Origin: Trichosphaerium sp. ATCC 40318
Taxonomy: Eukaryota > Protista > Tubulinea
NCBI GenBank assembly: GCA_038496445.1
Contig: JALMLS010000309.1
Span: 248,001-312,000, forward strand
DNA length: 64,000 nt
Direction of reading: 5' to 3'
Both the position numbers and the translations under genes were made by a program. Of the stretch, positions 1 to 13,377 are shown piece by piece. The first letter of the stretch is position 1. Each line of letters starts with the position of its first letter. The notes below the pieces were generated by a model. It made no database searches, was not told the origin of the DNA, and saw only the letters and a list, made by a program, of their open reading frames with translations.

Positions 1-1400
1 TCAACAACGTTTGAAGACAGTACATTTATTGACGTGGAACTTTACTTCAATGGCAATCCCTACATGATGACATATGCGTCCCTGTATTTAAAAAGATGTA
101 AGTTCTTAGCAAACATTCCTTTTCCAAGACAAGGGTATTCACAAACTCCAATAAGCCTAGAAGAAAGTTCTTGGAACACAAAATATATCGATAATTCAAT
201 TCAGTTCAGAAAAGTCATACAATCAACTATCGCTGTTAACAGCACTCACAACAGTATCAGTGCTATTACGTTGTTTCCTTACAACATGAGGTGTAGTACA
301 TTCAACGTCACCAATACAGAAGTAATAATTGACTTATGTTCAGACAGTTTCCATTGTTTTGATAACTACAGAGGACTCTTGTTCCAAAACAATACTATTC
401 ACGCTGATGCTCTTTCATCGATTAATGTAGATACGGCTCTCAATTTTAAGCCTATTCTTCGCGACAATACTATCTATTCATCTAATGTAACAATTAATAA
501 TCTCTCCCCAGCGTTTATGTACAACAATGTTTTTTGGCCTACACGTGATGATACTAAGAATAACACAAAAACCAAGAGCTTTACAGCAGCACCATTAACA
601 ACATGAATGTCATTTTGAAAGGGTCTATCAAGGAATCATCTCTACTATTCGGCACCATCGTTACTTTGATGGATTTTGATGATGTGGATATATCCAATAA
701 TTATTGGGTACAACAAACTTTACAGCTATCAAATCAAGAGTCTGTGATGTACACTGTGACCTACAAAAGGCTTTGCTACAATCAAGCCAATACTATCAAC
801 ATATCCACCACCTGTTTCAAATCCTACGTCATCCCCTTCTTTTGATCCCCCTTCTTCCCCTACTTTTGCTGCCCCTACAAAAATCCCAGTCCTCCACGTG
901 CGGTGCCACCCAGTGCCCCAGTGCATTCACCAAGTACAAACACAACAGCACCAACGTTCAACACAACAGCACCCACGACACTGCCAACATACGCCGCGCC
1001 ATATTCTCCAGTACATAATTCTACGCCTACGAGTGCACCAGCAAAGAACCCAATAGCACGTACGTGTCAAAAAAAAAAGACGATGCCATTTTGGACAAAA
1101 CTAACACTTCACAGCGTCACAACCACCAGCGATTACACCTTCTATCTCGCCAACCACTGTACCAATTGTTAGTCCTGTCACGCCCACAACAAGAGTACCT
1201 TCGCTGAGTCCCTCAAAAGAGCCTACTGCGACAAAAAAGTCTGGCTATTCTGCTTTAGCTTTTGGCTTAGTAGGTGGCATACTATCTCTGATTATTGTAG
1301 TACTTGCTGTTATCATTGGAATACTTGTATTCAAGCTTAAACAAGGTAGACAAACAGTAGAGTATTCACGCATGTAGATGGGATTTCCTTATAGTTACAT
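1..1400 (+). CDS. 5'-truncated cell-surface protein: beta-helix-like ectodomain, P/T/S-rich stalk, single TM helix; reading frame interrupted (possible pseudogene or indel errors)
   Basis: N/I-rich beta-helix-like segments and an NNYW(G)TTNFTAIKSRVCDVHCD cap motif; PT-rich stalk at ~800-1240; TM ALAFGLVGGILSLIIVVLAVIIGILVF followed by KLKQ at ~1250-1345. Apparent 1-nt frameshifts near 706 and 768. Confidence 0.5.
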
Positions 1401-1682
1401 TGTTTAATAAAGTACTATTACACCTCCTAATTTCGGTTAAAACGGCATATCTTTTACATAGATCAACTCTTTGATACATCGACCAAAAAAGCCTTAAAAT
1501 GTAACTATTTCGTGGATGACATGTATCGGGAATGACAACTATAAGAAGCACGTTGTTCGCCATTAAATTTACAAGTGCTTACAGTTAACAGATGCATCAT
1601 CAAAGGCGCTGAGTGCTGTATTAAACAGCTTGTTGTTGTTTTTATTAATCTTAACACAACTTTAGTACAAAGCCACATTTAA

Positions 1683-4271
1683 TTAGGCAGATAGCTCTTT
1701 TATAGATGTATGAATTGCATCAGCATTGAAGGAAGAACCATCGTCAACTCCTGAGAATAATAGTTAAGGGTAAAAAAGTTGAGTTTAATGATTCAAAAAC
1801 TAATTTGACTGAGTCACTGACATACCGCTATCCGTTGCTTTAAATACTCTAACAGGTTAGCACCAAGACTAATACCAACTTTGATAGCAGAGGCGTGGAG
1901 AAAAGCGATTATAGCGGTTCTTTGTGCGACCCAACTTCCAGTCCAGTTTTTGTTCAGCTTCACAAAAAATCCAATGTTTAGCTTCTCAAGACAATCCGCA
2001 GCTGCATTTTAAATAAGCCTTTATGCACATGTAGTAATACTAAATTCCTTGGGATCAGGCCCGTACTTGTTAAAGAAAATCCAGGGTTTGGTTTGTAAGA
2101 CTCTGGGTGACCGTTTATGTATTCAACGAACAACTTTTTCAAAGCCAACACTTGAGCCATTGTAGTACCCAAACCTGCTGACAACTTGAGTGACAAGCTA
2201 ACGCCCTGAAACAACGCGTTAGATTACCAAAGTATGCAGTATTCGAAAAGGCTCACCGTTGTTCGTGATAGATTTTGAATAGGCTCTTTTATCAATGCAG
2301 TGTTCGAGAAAGAAATCAGTTTCCCTTCTATTCAAAAAAACCAGTTAATTACTGTCACTCCAACTCACTATGGTACCATAGCTAACACCAGTGGTGCATC
2401 TGACATTCATGTCGGTAACTTTTATAGTATGTCCTTTAACGGTTACTAATTCCCCGACATGGAGACGTTGATCGACGAAAACAAAAAGAAATGCTTCGAA
2501 GTACTCCTTGATTGTATTTCCGAAAATCCATGAGAAACTAAGCAGAGTGGTTGAAACTGTTAAAGCCAAGTCAGACCCAACGAATACTTTGATCCCAATC
2601 AAAATTACAAACAAGACAGCAAGAGCGTCCAAGATTCTATCAATACTGACGGATATACTAAAAAAAACAAAATGTAAGTTAGAAAAAGGAAAAAAAAACT
2701 GCTACAAAACACGTGCTGGCAAAACAGTACTTACTACTCCTTATTCTCACGTTCTTGTTCTATGCGTATTCGTGCTGCCCAAATAGTGGTTAAAATTCGC
2801 ACAAATTCGTGCTTGTAGACCTTGTCGTTTTCTGTACACTAACAACAAATTAACCGTTTAAAAACCCAATGTTCAAAGTTGTACATCGACTGAAAAAATC
2901 TGCCAAACAATCTCCACCTCGCATTGATCTGCATAAAATGAAGCAAAATCTTCTTTGTGAAGGAACTTTCTATTCCTTCCAGCGTCAATGTCAGTAAACA
3001 CCTTCTTTGCAATTGCAACTCGTTCAGTCTCTGCCAAACGCAATAAATGACTTGGAGTAGACTCAGGGCTAAAAAAAAACAGTTACAATCGTTCCATACA
3101 GGTTGGTGATGGTGCTTACTTTTCCCAGTTGACACCAGTTATCCTGTTCAAATTCAAGGCATCTTCGAGCTTCTCAAGCTAAGATTGTATTACTTACCAC
3201 TAACACGCGCAGAAGAGGCGTACTGGATCTTGTTGGTAGTTTGTATACATTCTATTCAGCAAGTCTTCTTTTACAGTAAGCAATTTATCCTTCTTGGACC
3301 ACTCTCTCGTTAATACCCCTTTAATAAGTTTAAGATATAAAAATAGTCATGGTGAAATAGCGTACTGACTATGAGCTGTTGTAGTACGCCCTTTATGAAC
3401 CACAAAATAGCCATTGACAGCACAAATGTCAAGACTTGATCAGTGCGCCTAGAAGTCATTATACACTAGAACCAATCACATGCAAGCTATGTACGTTAGC
3501 GCTGGCTCTTCAACATAAGATCTGAATTTGTATTGATATAACACGTGACACAATATCGCTATCAACACGTCAGTTAGATCTATCGAAGCTAGGTTCGCAC
3601 CCCATATCAAAAAAGTAGATACTGCTTCGAGAGGATGCTTTGGCTGCCCGAATGTTCGCCGCTCAAAGTAAAACAGGACGTGAATTATAATAACAAGTAC
3701 CCAAAAGCAATCGGTAGCCACCACCAGTCCCAAAACAACGCTCGCCGGACGCAAGCCATAAACGTCACAACTATGCACTTGAATTACTTCTGTAGCGTTG
3801 CCAGACACCTTCAAACTAAAATCAACCAAAAAACAAGCGTCACGTGCGCGATAAACGAAAACAAAACGATTTTTGATGTAAATGATATAAAGTACCACAG
3901 TTTGAGCTACATCCTTACAACTGACGGCGAATGATACTGAAATAGAGATTAAAAAAAGATTCGGCACTCCGAGTTCGTACTATAAGCTACAGCAAGTATA
4001 ATATTGATCAAGCACACCAGGAGTATGTGAATACCAAATAGTGGGTCATGATACAGAAAAGCGTGGTGAACGTGTTGTGCTGTTGATTGACGCGACAGAA
4101 GCTTCTCTAAGTGCTCTTCCGCAGCAGATTGATCGAATGTAACGTCTTCGGAGTCTTTCTCTGTTTTTTCAAAAAACCGTTATCAGAACGCAGTTATGGC
4201 ATCCACATACCTTCCAGAGATACAGTTACTGGTTTATCAACAGATTCGTACCCCGATCTTGTCGATGACAT
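1683..4271 (-). CDS. MscS-like (MSL) mechanosensitive ion channel, multi-exon
   Basis: Exon 2345-2632 reads SFSWIFGNTIKEYFEAFLFVFVDQRLHVGELVTV...VTDMNVRCTT, followed by LISFSNTALIKEPIQNLSR (eukaryotic MscS signature). Several upstream TM exons. ATG at 4271 (MSSTRSGYESV), stop at 1683-1685. Confidence 0.8.
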
Positions 4272-4942
4272 TTGTACGACAAATACAGGAACAGAAATTA
4301 AAAAAGGTCAGAAGACTAAAAAAACGGGTTCCCCATTCACAAAGAAGAATAATCCAATACTTACTGACCTTATAAACACAATACATAACAATAAGCCTAG
4401 AAAACATGAACGCAACGCCGAAAGTACATTTTGGGAAGGCATAGCAAAAATACAACGGCGTGTTATCCGTTTATGACGTGTATCGTATATGAGTGACTGT
4501 TTGAACGACAATTTGCTAGGCGGAAAAGCAACTGTGTATTTTTTTAATAGCCTGAAATCTCCTAAACTGCACTTACAGCAAAAAACCCCATAACTGCGCT
4601 ACTAGCCTTCAATCGAAATAATTGCTCGTGTTATATTGTTTAAAGTCCCAACCATCCATAGTTGCCAAAAGAATTGCAAAAGATCTTTTTTTAAACCTTG
4701 GACTGCCGAATCTGTGAATACAAAAAATAGACTTGTGGTATTGGTCCAAAAATCGTTCGTAGCAGCGTGAATTCGCGCAATAAATTTAAAATAAAATAAA
4801 ATAAAACGGAAATCATGAAAAAAGAAAAGGACAAGTCTGTAACTTTTTTTTAAAAAACTGTGGTGGGTTTAATTGGAGCATATAGTACATCAAGGGTCTT
4901 GTCGTCGTAAACGAAATGGGGCGTCATATTTTTTTTTTTCTG

Positions 4943-5361
4943 TTAGAGGACTGTGCAAAATCCATTTCCAAGTTTTTTTGTGTATGGGTTCGCGGCGCTA
5001 GGCTCTGGACCAAATGGCTCCTCGCTTTTCTTTATGTGTTTTACAAGCCTTTGGTTCAGATTAGTTTAACAAACGCAAAAACATTGCTAACAAATGCCAC
5101 AAGCATCAAAAATGATTATAGAGAAGTAAGGGATAAAAATAATGAGGTTCTTGCGACATTGTGAGATTTGAAAGTTTGTTTTTTTGTTTTGGCCGGTGAG
5201 AAAATAAACATTCATGTAGCATTTGCGGAAAAGCGAATTAAGAAAGCGTACTCAACGCAAGCTTCCGAAACCCGTGTGATCTTGTTTGTAAACTCCAATT
5301 CGGCGGTAAGTGCTGCCTTTTCTTGCTGTAGGCGTTTTACTTGGCTTGCTGAGGCTGACAT
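4943..5361 (-). CDS. Heterotrimeric G-protein gamma subunit (71 aa, 2 exons)
   Basis: Exons 5361-5252 and 5048-4943 give MSASASQVKRLQQEKAALTAELEFTNKITRVSEACVELVKHIKKSEEPFGPEPSAANPYTKKLGNGFCTVL*. VSEAC motif, NPY and the C-terminal CaaX (CTVL) are present; GT-AG intron is in frame. Absent from the ORF track. Confidence 0.9.
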
Positions 5362-5658
5362 TAGTTGTTGTACTGCGCTTACAATATTTTTCTATGTACC
5401 AAACTTAAGTTTCCTTCAGCGAAGTCGTCTTCAACTGTGCACGTATTTGCTCTGTTCGTGTGGCTTACTAATTAACCACTATGCCAATAAACTTGTCGCT
5501 TTATGTCTTGCCGCGTTTACAGAAAAAGGCTTCAATAAGAAATCGTTAGTGGAATTTCACTTGTTTATACGTTAGTTTTTGCTACCATTGAAGGAAGACT
5601 TTTCGTTTTAAGTTCATTTTCCAAATTGAGAGTTTTCTACTATTCACAAGCACAAGCA

Positions 5659-6187
5659 ATGCACGCAATAACGTATTTGTTGCTTCTGGTTTCTCTATTC
5701 GCTTGCGCATCCCTAGCTCGCCGCAATCTTGTTACTAGATGCCCAACTAAAATGCGGTCGCTTGAACCGCGTAATTTCTATCCAGTACAGTACCGCACCA
5801 ATGGTAACAGAGGTACAGTGCAAAGTACCCTTCAAACTAACTGTTGACGAATCTGTTGCTCTAGGTATGCCTCATTTACGGTTTCCTGCATTACTATTAA
5901 GTAAAAGCTGGGTTTCTGATGATGGAGTTTTAAAGTGCTCGTATGACTACGATAAATACGATTTTACACCATTTTCAGTGACGAGCCGTAAACCATTCTT
6001 CACGTTTGTACAAACGGGGACATTCAGCTTTACCTACAAGCACAAAGTAAGAATTGTTAAATCCAGAGACACAAACCTGTGGCGTCCTTATGCAGGCACA
6101 AGAGTTTGCAAAGGGGCAGTTATAAACAGACCTTGCAAAGTGAGAGTGCTTAAAGCTTATGCACCTGACCCAAACAAACAAATGTAG
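5659..6187 (+). CDS. Small secreted cysteine-containing protein of unknown function
   Basis: Signal peptide MHAITYLLLLVSLFACASLA; a 40-nt GT-AG intron (5771-5810) joins it in frame to ORF 5729-6187 (QVQCKVPFKL...). Confidence 0.6.
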
Positions 6188-6465
6188 GACGACTTATTTA
6201 TTTTGATTGGCTTCGTCTTTCTGTTGTTGGGGCATTTTCTTTTTTTTTTACATCTTTTGGTATTTTGTATTGATACAAGCATATATTATTGCACGCCTCT
6301 TTTTTTGAATAAAAGTACATATTTGAAGGAGTGGTAGCGAAATGGTAGAGGCACATTTTCTTTTCCCTGTTTTTTTTTCTATCCACTATTTTTATACATC
6401 ACGTGGAGGACTTGACTCGGTTGGTGCGCCACCTTTTATTTAGAGATGGTGAGATACATGTGTAG

Positions 6466-9400
6466 TTAGTCTTTATCTGTACCTCCTTTTTCATCCCAGT
6501 TGATGTTTGGACTTGGGCCACCACCTATGGAATGTCTTCTCCGTGTTGCCACTTGTTGTGTGACACGTTTCAAACCTCGGAATGATGTGTAGTTAAAGTG
6601 AGGTACTTCAATAGAAGATGAACGAATTCTACTCATGCGTCTGTTTGAACGTTTTTCTGGGGTAATTTCTGGAGAAACTGGGTTGTCATCCATTTTACCG
6701 TAGTGCTCCGACCGGTCTTGGTAAAAAAAATGAGAAAACTAGTTAATATAGACTTGGCACTAACCCCAATGGTATGACGTGTCTTCATTGTTGTCAGGCT
6801 TTGGAATAAAGAACTCTGACATGTTAAGAGAGGGCAAGTTCTTCCAATCTATGGACGCAAAGAAAGGGTGATCCTTTATTTCTTTGGTACCATGTTTCCC
6901 CAACCGCCTCGATGGATCAGGCGCCAATAATTTATCCACAAGATCCTTTGCTTCGGCGGACACCTCAACATCATCTAAAACAAAATGTCTTAGCGGATAT
7001 ACATTGAAAAAACACGTGATTTTTTGTGTTAGCCTACCTGGCCATGGTTGCTTTTCTAAGTGTGAGTATTAGTCGTTTGAGTAACTTAGAATATACTTTT
7101 GTCGTACCATTGCTAATGATTTTATTGAATATAGCCTCTGCACTGTCACCATCAAAAGGAGGTAAACCGCATATGAATTCATAGATCATAATACCAAGCG
7201 CCCAAAAGTCCACTTCTTTGCCGTGGGGCTTTCCGAGTAATATTTCGGGTGACAAGTAGTGAGGTGTACCCTTCATATCTGCGCCAGACTCTTTTTTAGG
7301 GGTTCCAGCAGTCTACTTCCAACTGAGAATACGTTCAAAACCAAAATAATGTTGCGTACCTTGGCCAGTTCAAGTAAAGGATCAGGCATGCCTAGGCAAC
7401 ATACGTTAAAACTTAACTCATTTTTGTGCGTAGAAATTCCTTACGATTTGTAGATTCGTCTACTTCAACATCTACGTCTGACAGCCCAAAGTCCTATGTA
7501 GTGTGAGATTTCTTTGTATTTTAAGAAGCATACAGTAAGTTGTAAGTGTCCTTCTGTGTTGATCAATAAATTGTCTGGTTTCTATACACAAAAAGTAAGA
7601 ATTTATCACTAAGATATTGAGAGGCATACAAGGTCCCTGTGCACGATGCCAATGGAGTGAATAAACTCCAACGCCAATAGAATTTCCGCACTGTATACTC
7701 GCGCCATGTCCTCTTCAAATTGACCAAACTGTCGAAGCAGATTCGCTAGATCTCCACCAACCATGTACTCCATCACGAGGTATATGTATTTCTACAAACA
7801 GTAAGCCAAAATGTGTGACAGAATGAGAGTCAAAAAGTACCTCGGATTGAAAGGCATAGAATAATTGTATGACCCATTCGTTTTGCGCTTGGACCATCGC
7901 ATTTCGCTCTGCAAGGACATACTCTAGATTCTTACGCTGCATAATAGACTCTTTATCCAACATCTTTATAGCATACGTGTCGCCTGTTGAGTTTTTTCGT
8001 GCCAAGTAAACACGACTAGGCCTACCAGTGAGCACAAAATATTTTTTCAAAACACAAAAAAAGCAAAAATGTTTTGTGATGATTTTACCCATAAGCGCCT
8101 CTACTGATTGGTTTTATAATTGTGAAATCCTGTATGGATACCTGTGTATGCGTTGGTATTTATACTAATTTTAGAAGAAAAATAGCGTACAGCTGATTTA
8201 CGGCGTCTTGGCGGAGGTCGGGGAGGTTGCTCGAAGAAAGACACAAAATTCCATACACCGCCAACGTGTTTTCTAGGTGAGCTCAACATAAGGCGTTGAT
8301 ACTCCAGAAGGGACTCTCGTTTGTCTTTAACCTTGTATTGTTGTTAACGTAAGATCTTGTAAACGAACTGAAGCTATTTGCCTCAACACTCACCACTGCT
8401 AAAATCTTGTTCGCGATAGACACAATGCTGGGATCCCTGTATTGACCAGGCCATCTATTCAATCGTATTTAGTAAAAGGCATGCTTGAGAAATTACAAGG
8501 AATCTTACTTGCGTCGAACCAGGTTCTTAACTTTATCTTCATGCATGTGTAGCGTATCAATACCCGTCCACGTGTCTTTAAACGACAGGCGTGAAGTACT
8601 ATCCGATTAAAAAATAAGTTTTTACAATACTGACGCTGTATTGCTTTCAAACTACGTACTCTTTAGCGACAGCCTCCAAAACGCGCAGTACAGCAATTGT
8701 ATTAGAAGTATCGTGCTTGTTCGCTCCTGAAGCTTTTTCAGCGGTTTTCTGCGCTCTCCTTAGTGCCTCGATAATGGTTTCAAGGCGAACATCACATGTC
8801 GCATTTTTAACATCGCAAGTTTCTAAAGCTGCGCACACACTACAGGAAACATTACAACCAAAAAAAAAATATAGAGCGTACGCAGAGTGTTCCTCTAGTT
8901 TCGATAGTCCTATTCTCTCCTCGCATATTCTACAAACATCTGTTTCCTCATCTTCGCTCACATCAGATCCTGATCCAGAGCTTGCACTGCTTCTGCTAGC
9001 AGCTCTAACGCGCCTTCTGTAGTCATCGCCAAGCTGATGATAAGTTAGAAAAAGTATTTATCGCTGGTTGTACTTTAGGAAGACTGAGTGTCCTCAGTTT
9101 AGATATGTCACGTTTGGATGTTGTTGTTAATTTTTTCCGTTGCTCTTTCTTGCTGGGTCTTGCTGGCTGGTTCATTTTTGGTTTCGGTGTAATTATTGGC
9201 ATGATATGTTTCCGGAAGGCGCTCTCCTACAGGCTATTTAATCAAGTGCATTAAACCTATTTCTCCATTACCTTTATTTTTGTCTTGTCTTGCCTATTCA
9301 AGTACTCCACCTTTCTCACATACTTTGAAAATATGAAAACAAGTTGAGACGCCCTTCTTGAGTATCGGTGAGACTTTTCGTTTATCGAAAGTATCTTGCT

Positions 9401-11708
9401 TTGAATTTCCTGTATTTCAAGCGTCAGACAAGAAAACGTGCCAAAATTTCGCCAATTTTTTTTATTACCTGGCATCTCTCCTCTGTTAGATCACGTAGGG
9501 AGCAATCCAAGATTTCTTCTGCAATGTCCTTTAGGGCTTCTGGAGGTTGTAATTCTCTCTTTCGCGTGGGACTGGACTGACGCAATGAAATATCTCTTCT
9601 TTGCAATCTGACTGACCGCTTTTGATGAACAAGCTTTGCGCCTGATCGAGATGACGTTCGTGGAGCAGAAGAGCTTCTACGTAGAGGTGCAGGTGAACGA
9701 CCCCTTTTTGGTGGACTCTCTGATCTACCAGCACCATCATTTGAAGGCCTGGATTTTATCCGTTTTGCAGCTTTGGATTTAGCTTTTCTATCAGGTGTGC
9801 TGTCTCCAGAATTGAATTTACGTTCTCTCATCGACATCATTGTTTTAGAGCTATCAGCGAGGTGATGAGACATGTCTCGTATATATTCGCGCAAAGAGCT
9901 ATCAATCTCAGATTTTATGGTTCGAGCGGCGTATACACGTTTGGGTATGTTCTTATCGGAAGTGATGAGCAATTGAGGGTGGCTTAGTTATATCATACGT
10001 ACAAGCATTTTTTGAGTTCGGCTTTTTTGAAGTGTTTTGCGTTGCCTCTGCAACACTTCTGGCCTCAAAACACGCTCACGAACGGCTAGAGCAATAACAG
10101 GTATCGATGATGATTGGGCGTGTTCTGTTTTATGGCTTTTACTGCGCGTATGGGATCGCTTTCTTCGTTTAATGGGAACTGTTGTTAATGTTATTCTTGG
10201 CGTTCAAGTCAGTAAATAATCTTGTTGTATGGATGTAAAACAAAAAGTCACCTTCTCTTCACCATTCGCGATATCAGTTGCTTCCACGCTTGATATTCAG
10301 TAGTGCTGCGCACTATTACAAGTATTAGATCGCAAATTGAATGGATTAATATAATAAAATGTAACTACATACGTTTAACAGCGAGTGTCTCTGATTTGAA
10401 GTGTTTTGAACTTTCTGTAATGGAAATTGTTTTTTTGGCATGTTTGCTCGTAACCTTTGCACCACGAACATTAATCACCATTTCTGGATTTTCAAGCACC
10501 TAATCAATTGTCAGCGAGCCTTGAGGGGTTTTTTCAAAACGCCTGCTAGCATCAAAAAAAAAAATCACGTGATAAATTACAAAATCACGTGAGTGTTATA
10601 ACAAACCCATACTCTATTTTTTGGACTAGTGTTAGCTGCTAAACCCTTAAAAAGTTTCCTGTCAGTGTTCATAAAAGTGCGATTGGTAGTACCTCTGCAC
10701 TGAATAAATATAGTATGTGATCTTTGATCTGTATTAAAAACAGTAAGTCAAGTCGTTGTTGAATGTCAGATTCAGTATAACGTACCGCAATCACCTTTTG
10801 CTTCCATTCTGAGCGTATACGAGCGCTAATAAGCCCTGATTTGGAGTGCTGGTGTAGAGGGTATCCAATAGCCTGAAGTAATGTTGGTTTGTACGGAGTT
10901 CTATTTTAAGCCCTTTCGAAAAATGTACCCACCTCAAGTTCTGGATTATCTGCCCAAGCGCTCCAACTTTTACTAGTGTTTAGCGGTAAACCCTTTGATA
11001 TTGAAAAAAGGAAGCGCTAGCTGCGTGTTAATACAAAAGAATTCCAACTGTCAAAACAAAAACAACTTTTTGGAACAAACGTGTGATAACGCTTTGATCG
11101 CCACTACAGACCACGTGGGTCTTTATGAAATTGAAAAATAAATAAAATGTACGCTTACGTCAAGGTCAAATCGCTTTTCTTGTGCGTTTCTGACCGCAAC
11201 TTGCCACGGAATGACACTTGAGTCGTGCAGATGTAGAGATGATAAATAAGTGCTAGAGGAGAGTCCCGGGAACTCTTTAATGAGCTATCACGCCGTTATA
11301 TATATTGTGGAGGATCGAATGGGTACCTGCGCATGTAGCTCATGAAATTGCCTCGTTCTCCGATTAATCACTTTACGTTTCCCAGCGTATACTATGCGTA
11401 TACTGAACACCTAAAAGCCAATTACAGGCGGTTGGATGATGGACGAATCTACTAGGGACTAAAAAAAGTCCCATAAAAGTATGCGTACGAGAAAAGGCAC
11501 TCCTGTGGCCTCTAGTCTTATGGAGTGAGATATTATCTTTGCTGATAACGCCATTTTTTATTATTTCAAACGAGGGCTTCTCTCTGGGCGTAAGAACCGG
11601 CTGAATCAAAATAAAGTACCTATAATATGCGCATGATTTGTTAGCGGTGACGTGCACGCTTAGCCTTATGTCGGTTGAGGCGTTTGACTGGTTATTGAAA
11701 CTGCACAT
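6466..11708 (-). CDS. AGC kinase of the IRE/Greatwall/MAST/Rim15 group with N-terminal PX and PH domains and a C2H2-like zinc finger
   Basis: Kinase motifs YAIK, IVHRDL, KPDNLLI, DFGLS, GTPHYLSPE, DFWALG, and AGC tail HPFFASIDW...FIPKPDNNEDTSY. CRICEERIGLSKLEEHS zinc finger. KSEIDSSLREYIRDM resembles the IRE N-terminal helix. Upstream exons encode PX-like (WEVINRRTRQFHELHAQLIKEFPG) and PH-like segments. Confidence 0.85.
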
Positions 11709-11860
11709 AGGAAACCGAATTGTTTATTGAACTATTCTGTACTGCGTGGCGTTGTTTGGTGAATTACGCTACGGATGATGACATACAATCTGTACAGTGG
11801 GGTGTTGTATTGTTTTTTACCTTTTTTTTCTGTTTTATTGTGTACGCCATCATCGCTAAG

Positions 11861-13235
11861 CTAGCGAGGCGTAGACACTACTGATAGAGCGAATAGCTTT
11901 GGCCATAGCTTTCCTGTCACATATACTGTGTTTGATGCTTTATCATAAGCAATACCGTTCAACACATCTGAAATCGCTCAGCTCATTAGTTACACAATAG
12001 AAAAACTACTTGATGGGCGTTTATGACGCACCTCCAGGCTGCTTCAAGGCTTCAAGGTTGAGCACACCAACTACTTTTCCTGACTCTGGGTTGATGATGA
12101 CGATATTGTCTTGTTGCCACACGTTAGCAAACACATAACCATCTATAGAAATAGTTTGTCAGAAGCAAATAAACTAGTTTGGCATGAATCACAATCACAG
12201 CAAAGGAAATTTGGCGAGTTTGCATCCAGGACAAACTGTACGTTAATGTTCACGAACCTATCCATTCAATTTCGTTCAAATATGTTACAGGCTTGTTGTT
12301 AAGAGTGACGTGGACGCCTTTGGAAACACGTGGTGAACACAAAATATAAAAAAAATCTGGAAATATGTGTGATCGTACGTTTTGTTTCCACTAGCGTCAC
12401 AGGGTCCCAAAAGTATAAAAAGGCCTCACCAGACGTAACTATGAGTTCCTTTCCGTTATGTGTGATACCCCAACCCTGAAATCCACGTTACGATTGAAAT
12501 AGGTAATAGCAGTACCTCGTGAGCGTAGGAGAAGGATTTTATGCGTGTAAGAGTATTCTTGTCATACACAAATCCCTTACGGTTTCGCCACGTCAGTTGA
12601 ATAATCCTAAGAACGGTATAAGAATGTTTTCTCTCATTGTTGATCAGAAACGAAATTTCAACAGTATCCTAAAAATAAGCTGTCTGATAATGACAGAATT
12701 GGTTCAACTTTTCAAACTTCATTTTTTTTTTTTCAGCTTTACAACCACAACTGGATGATTGTAATTCATACCTGTCACCCCAAATGACCATCCCTTCGCC
12801 GAAGTATGGTTCTTCCAAGGGTACTTCTCTGATTACTGCCCCTGAAGTTATTTCAACTTCGCGTATTACTGATTGTCCTACAAGCCCAGTGCTCTCCCAC
12901 ATCCTTCCTTTGTAGATTAGCATTGGTTGATCGCTCTTGTTAGTGTATCAATACCTTCTTCCATTAAAAGTCCCTGTGTGAAAGCGCTAGTGTCGTGTGG
13001 ATACTCGTGAAGTACCGTATATTCCAAATGACGTTGTACATCGCTCACTGGAACCTTTTCTGTACTACCTTGCGTTACTACATGTCAAAACCGTTGAAAT
13101 GTACCTTGACACATCAAAAACGAGCGTTAAACACAGATAAACGCCAAAAACGGTAACACCCAAGCATAATAGCTTCAAAACAGGGTGGATTGTTTTTGTT
13201 GGTTTTCTATCGAGTTGACGGCGCTTACGCGGCAT
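11861..13235 (-). CDS. Glutaminyl-peptide cyclotransferase (plant/bacterial beta-propeller type) with N-terminal membrane anchor
   Basis: [50 protein letters not shown] and TGKLWPKLF motifs across exons; hydrophobic anchor [19 protein letters not shown]. Confidence 0.92.
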
Positions 13236-13377
13236 GCTTATGGCTCTAATGGTACTATCAATGCTTGTGAAGATAATTTCAGTTGAAGTCAACAACAACA
13301 GCCTTATACACTGACGTCCTCAATCTCAAGAACAAAACAGCATTGGTCGATACGCTCTATTGTACAAATTACACAGC

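Noticed and set aside
4300-4720. Possible extra small minus-strand gene between MscS-like and G-gamma
   Set aside because: Open stretches exist, but I could not build a consistent start and splice model or find a recognisable motif.
4916-5575. ORF-track plus-strand ORFs 4916-5164 and 5168-5575
   Set aside because: They are antisense shadows of the G-gamma gene and its intron.
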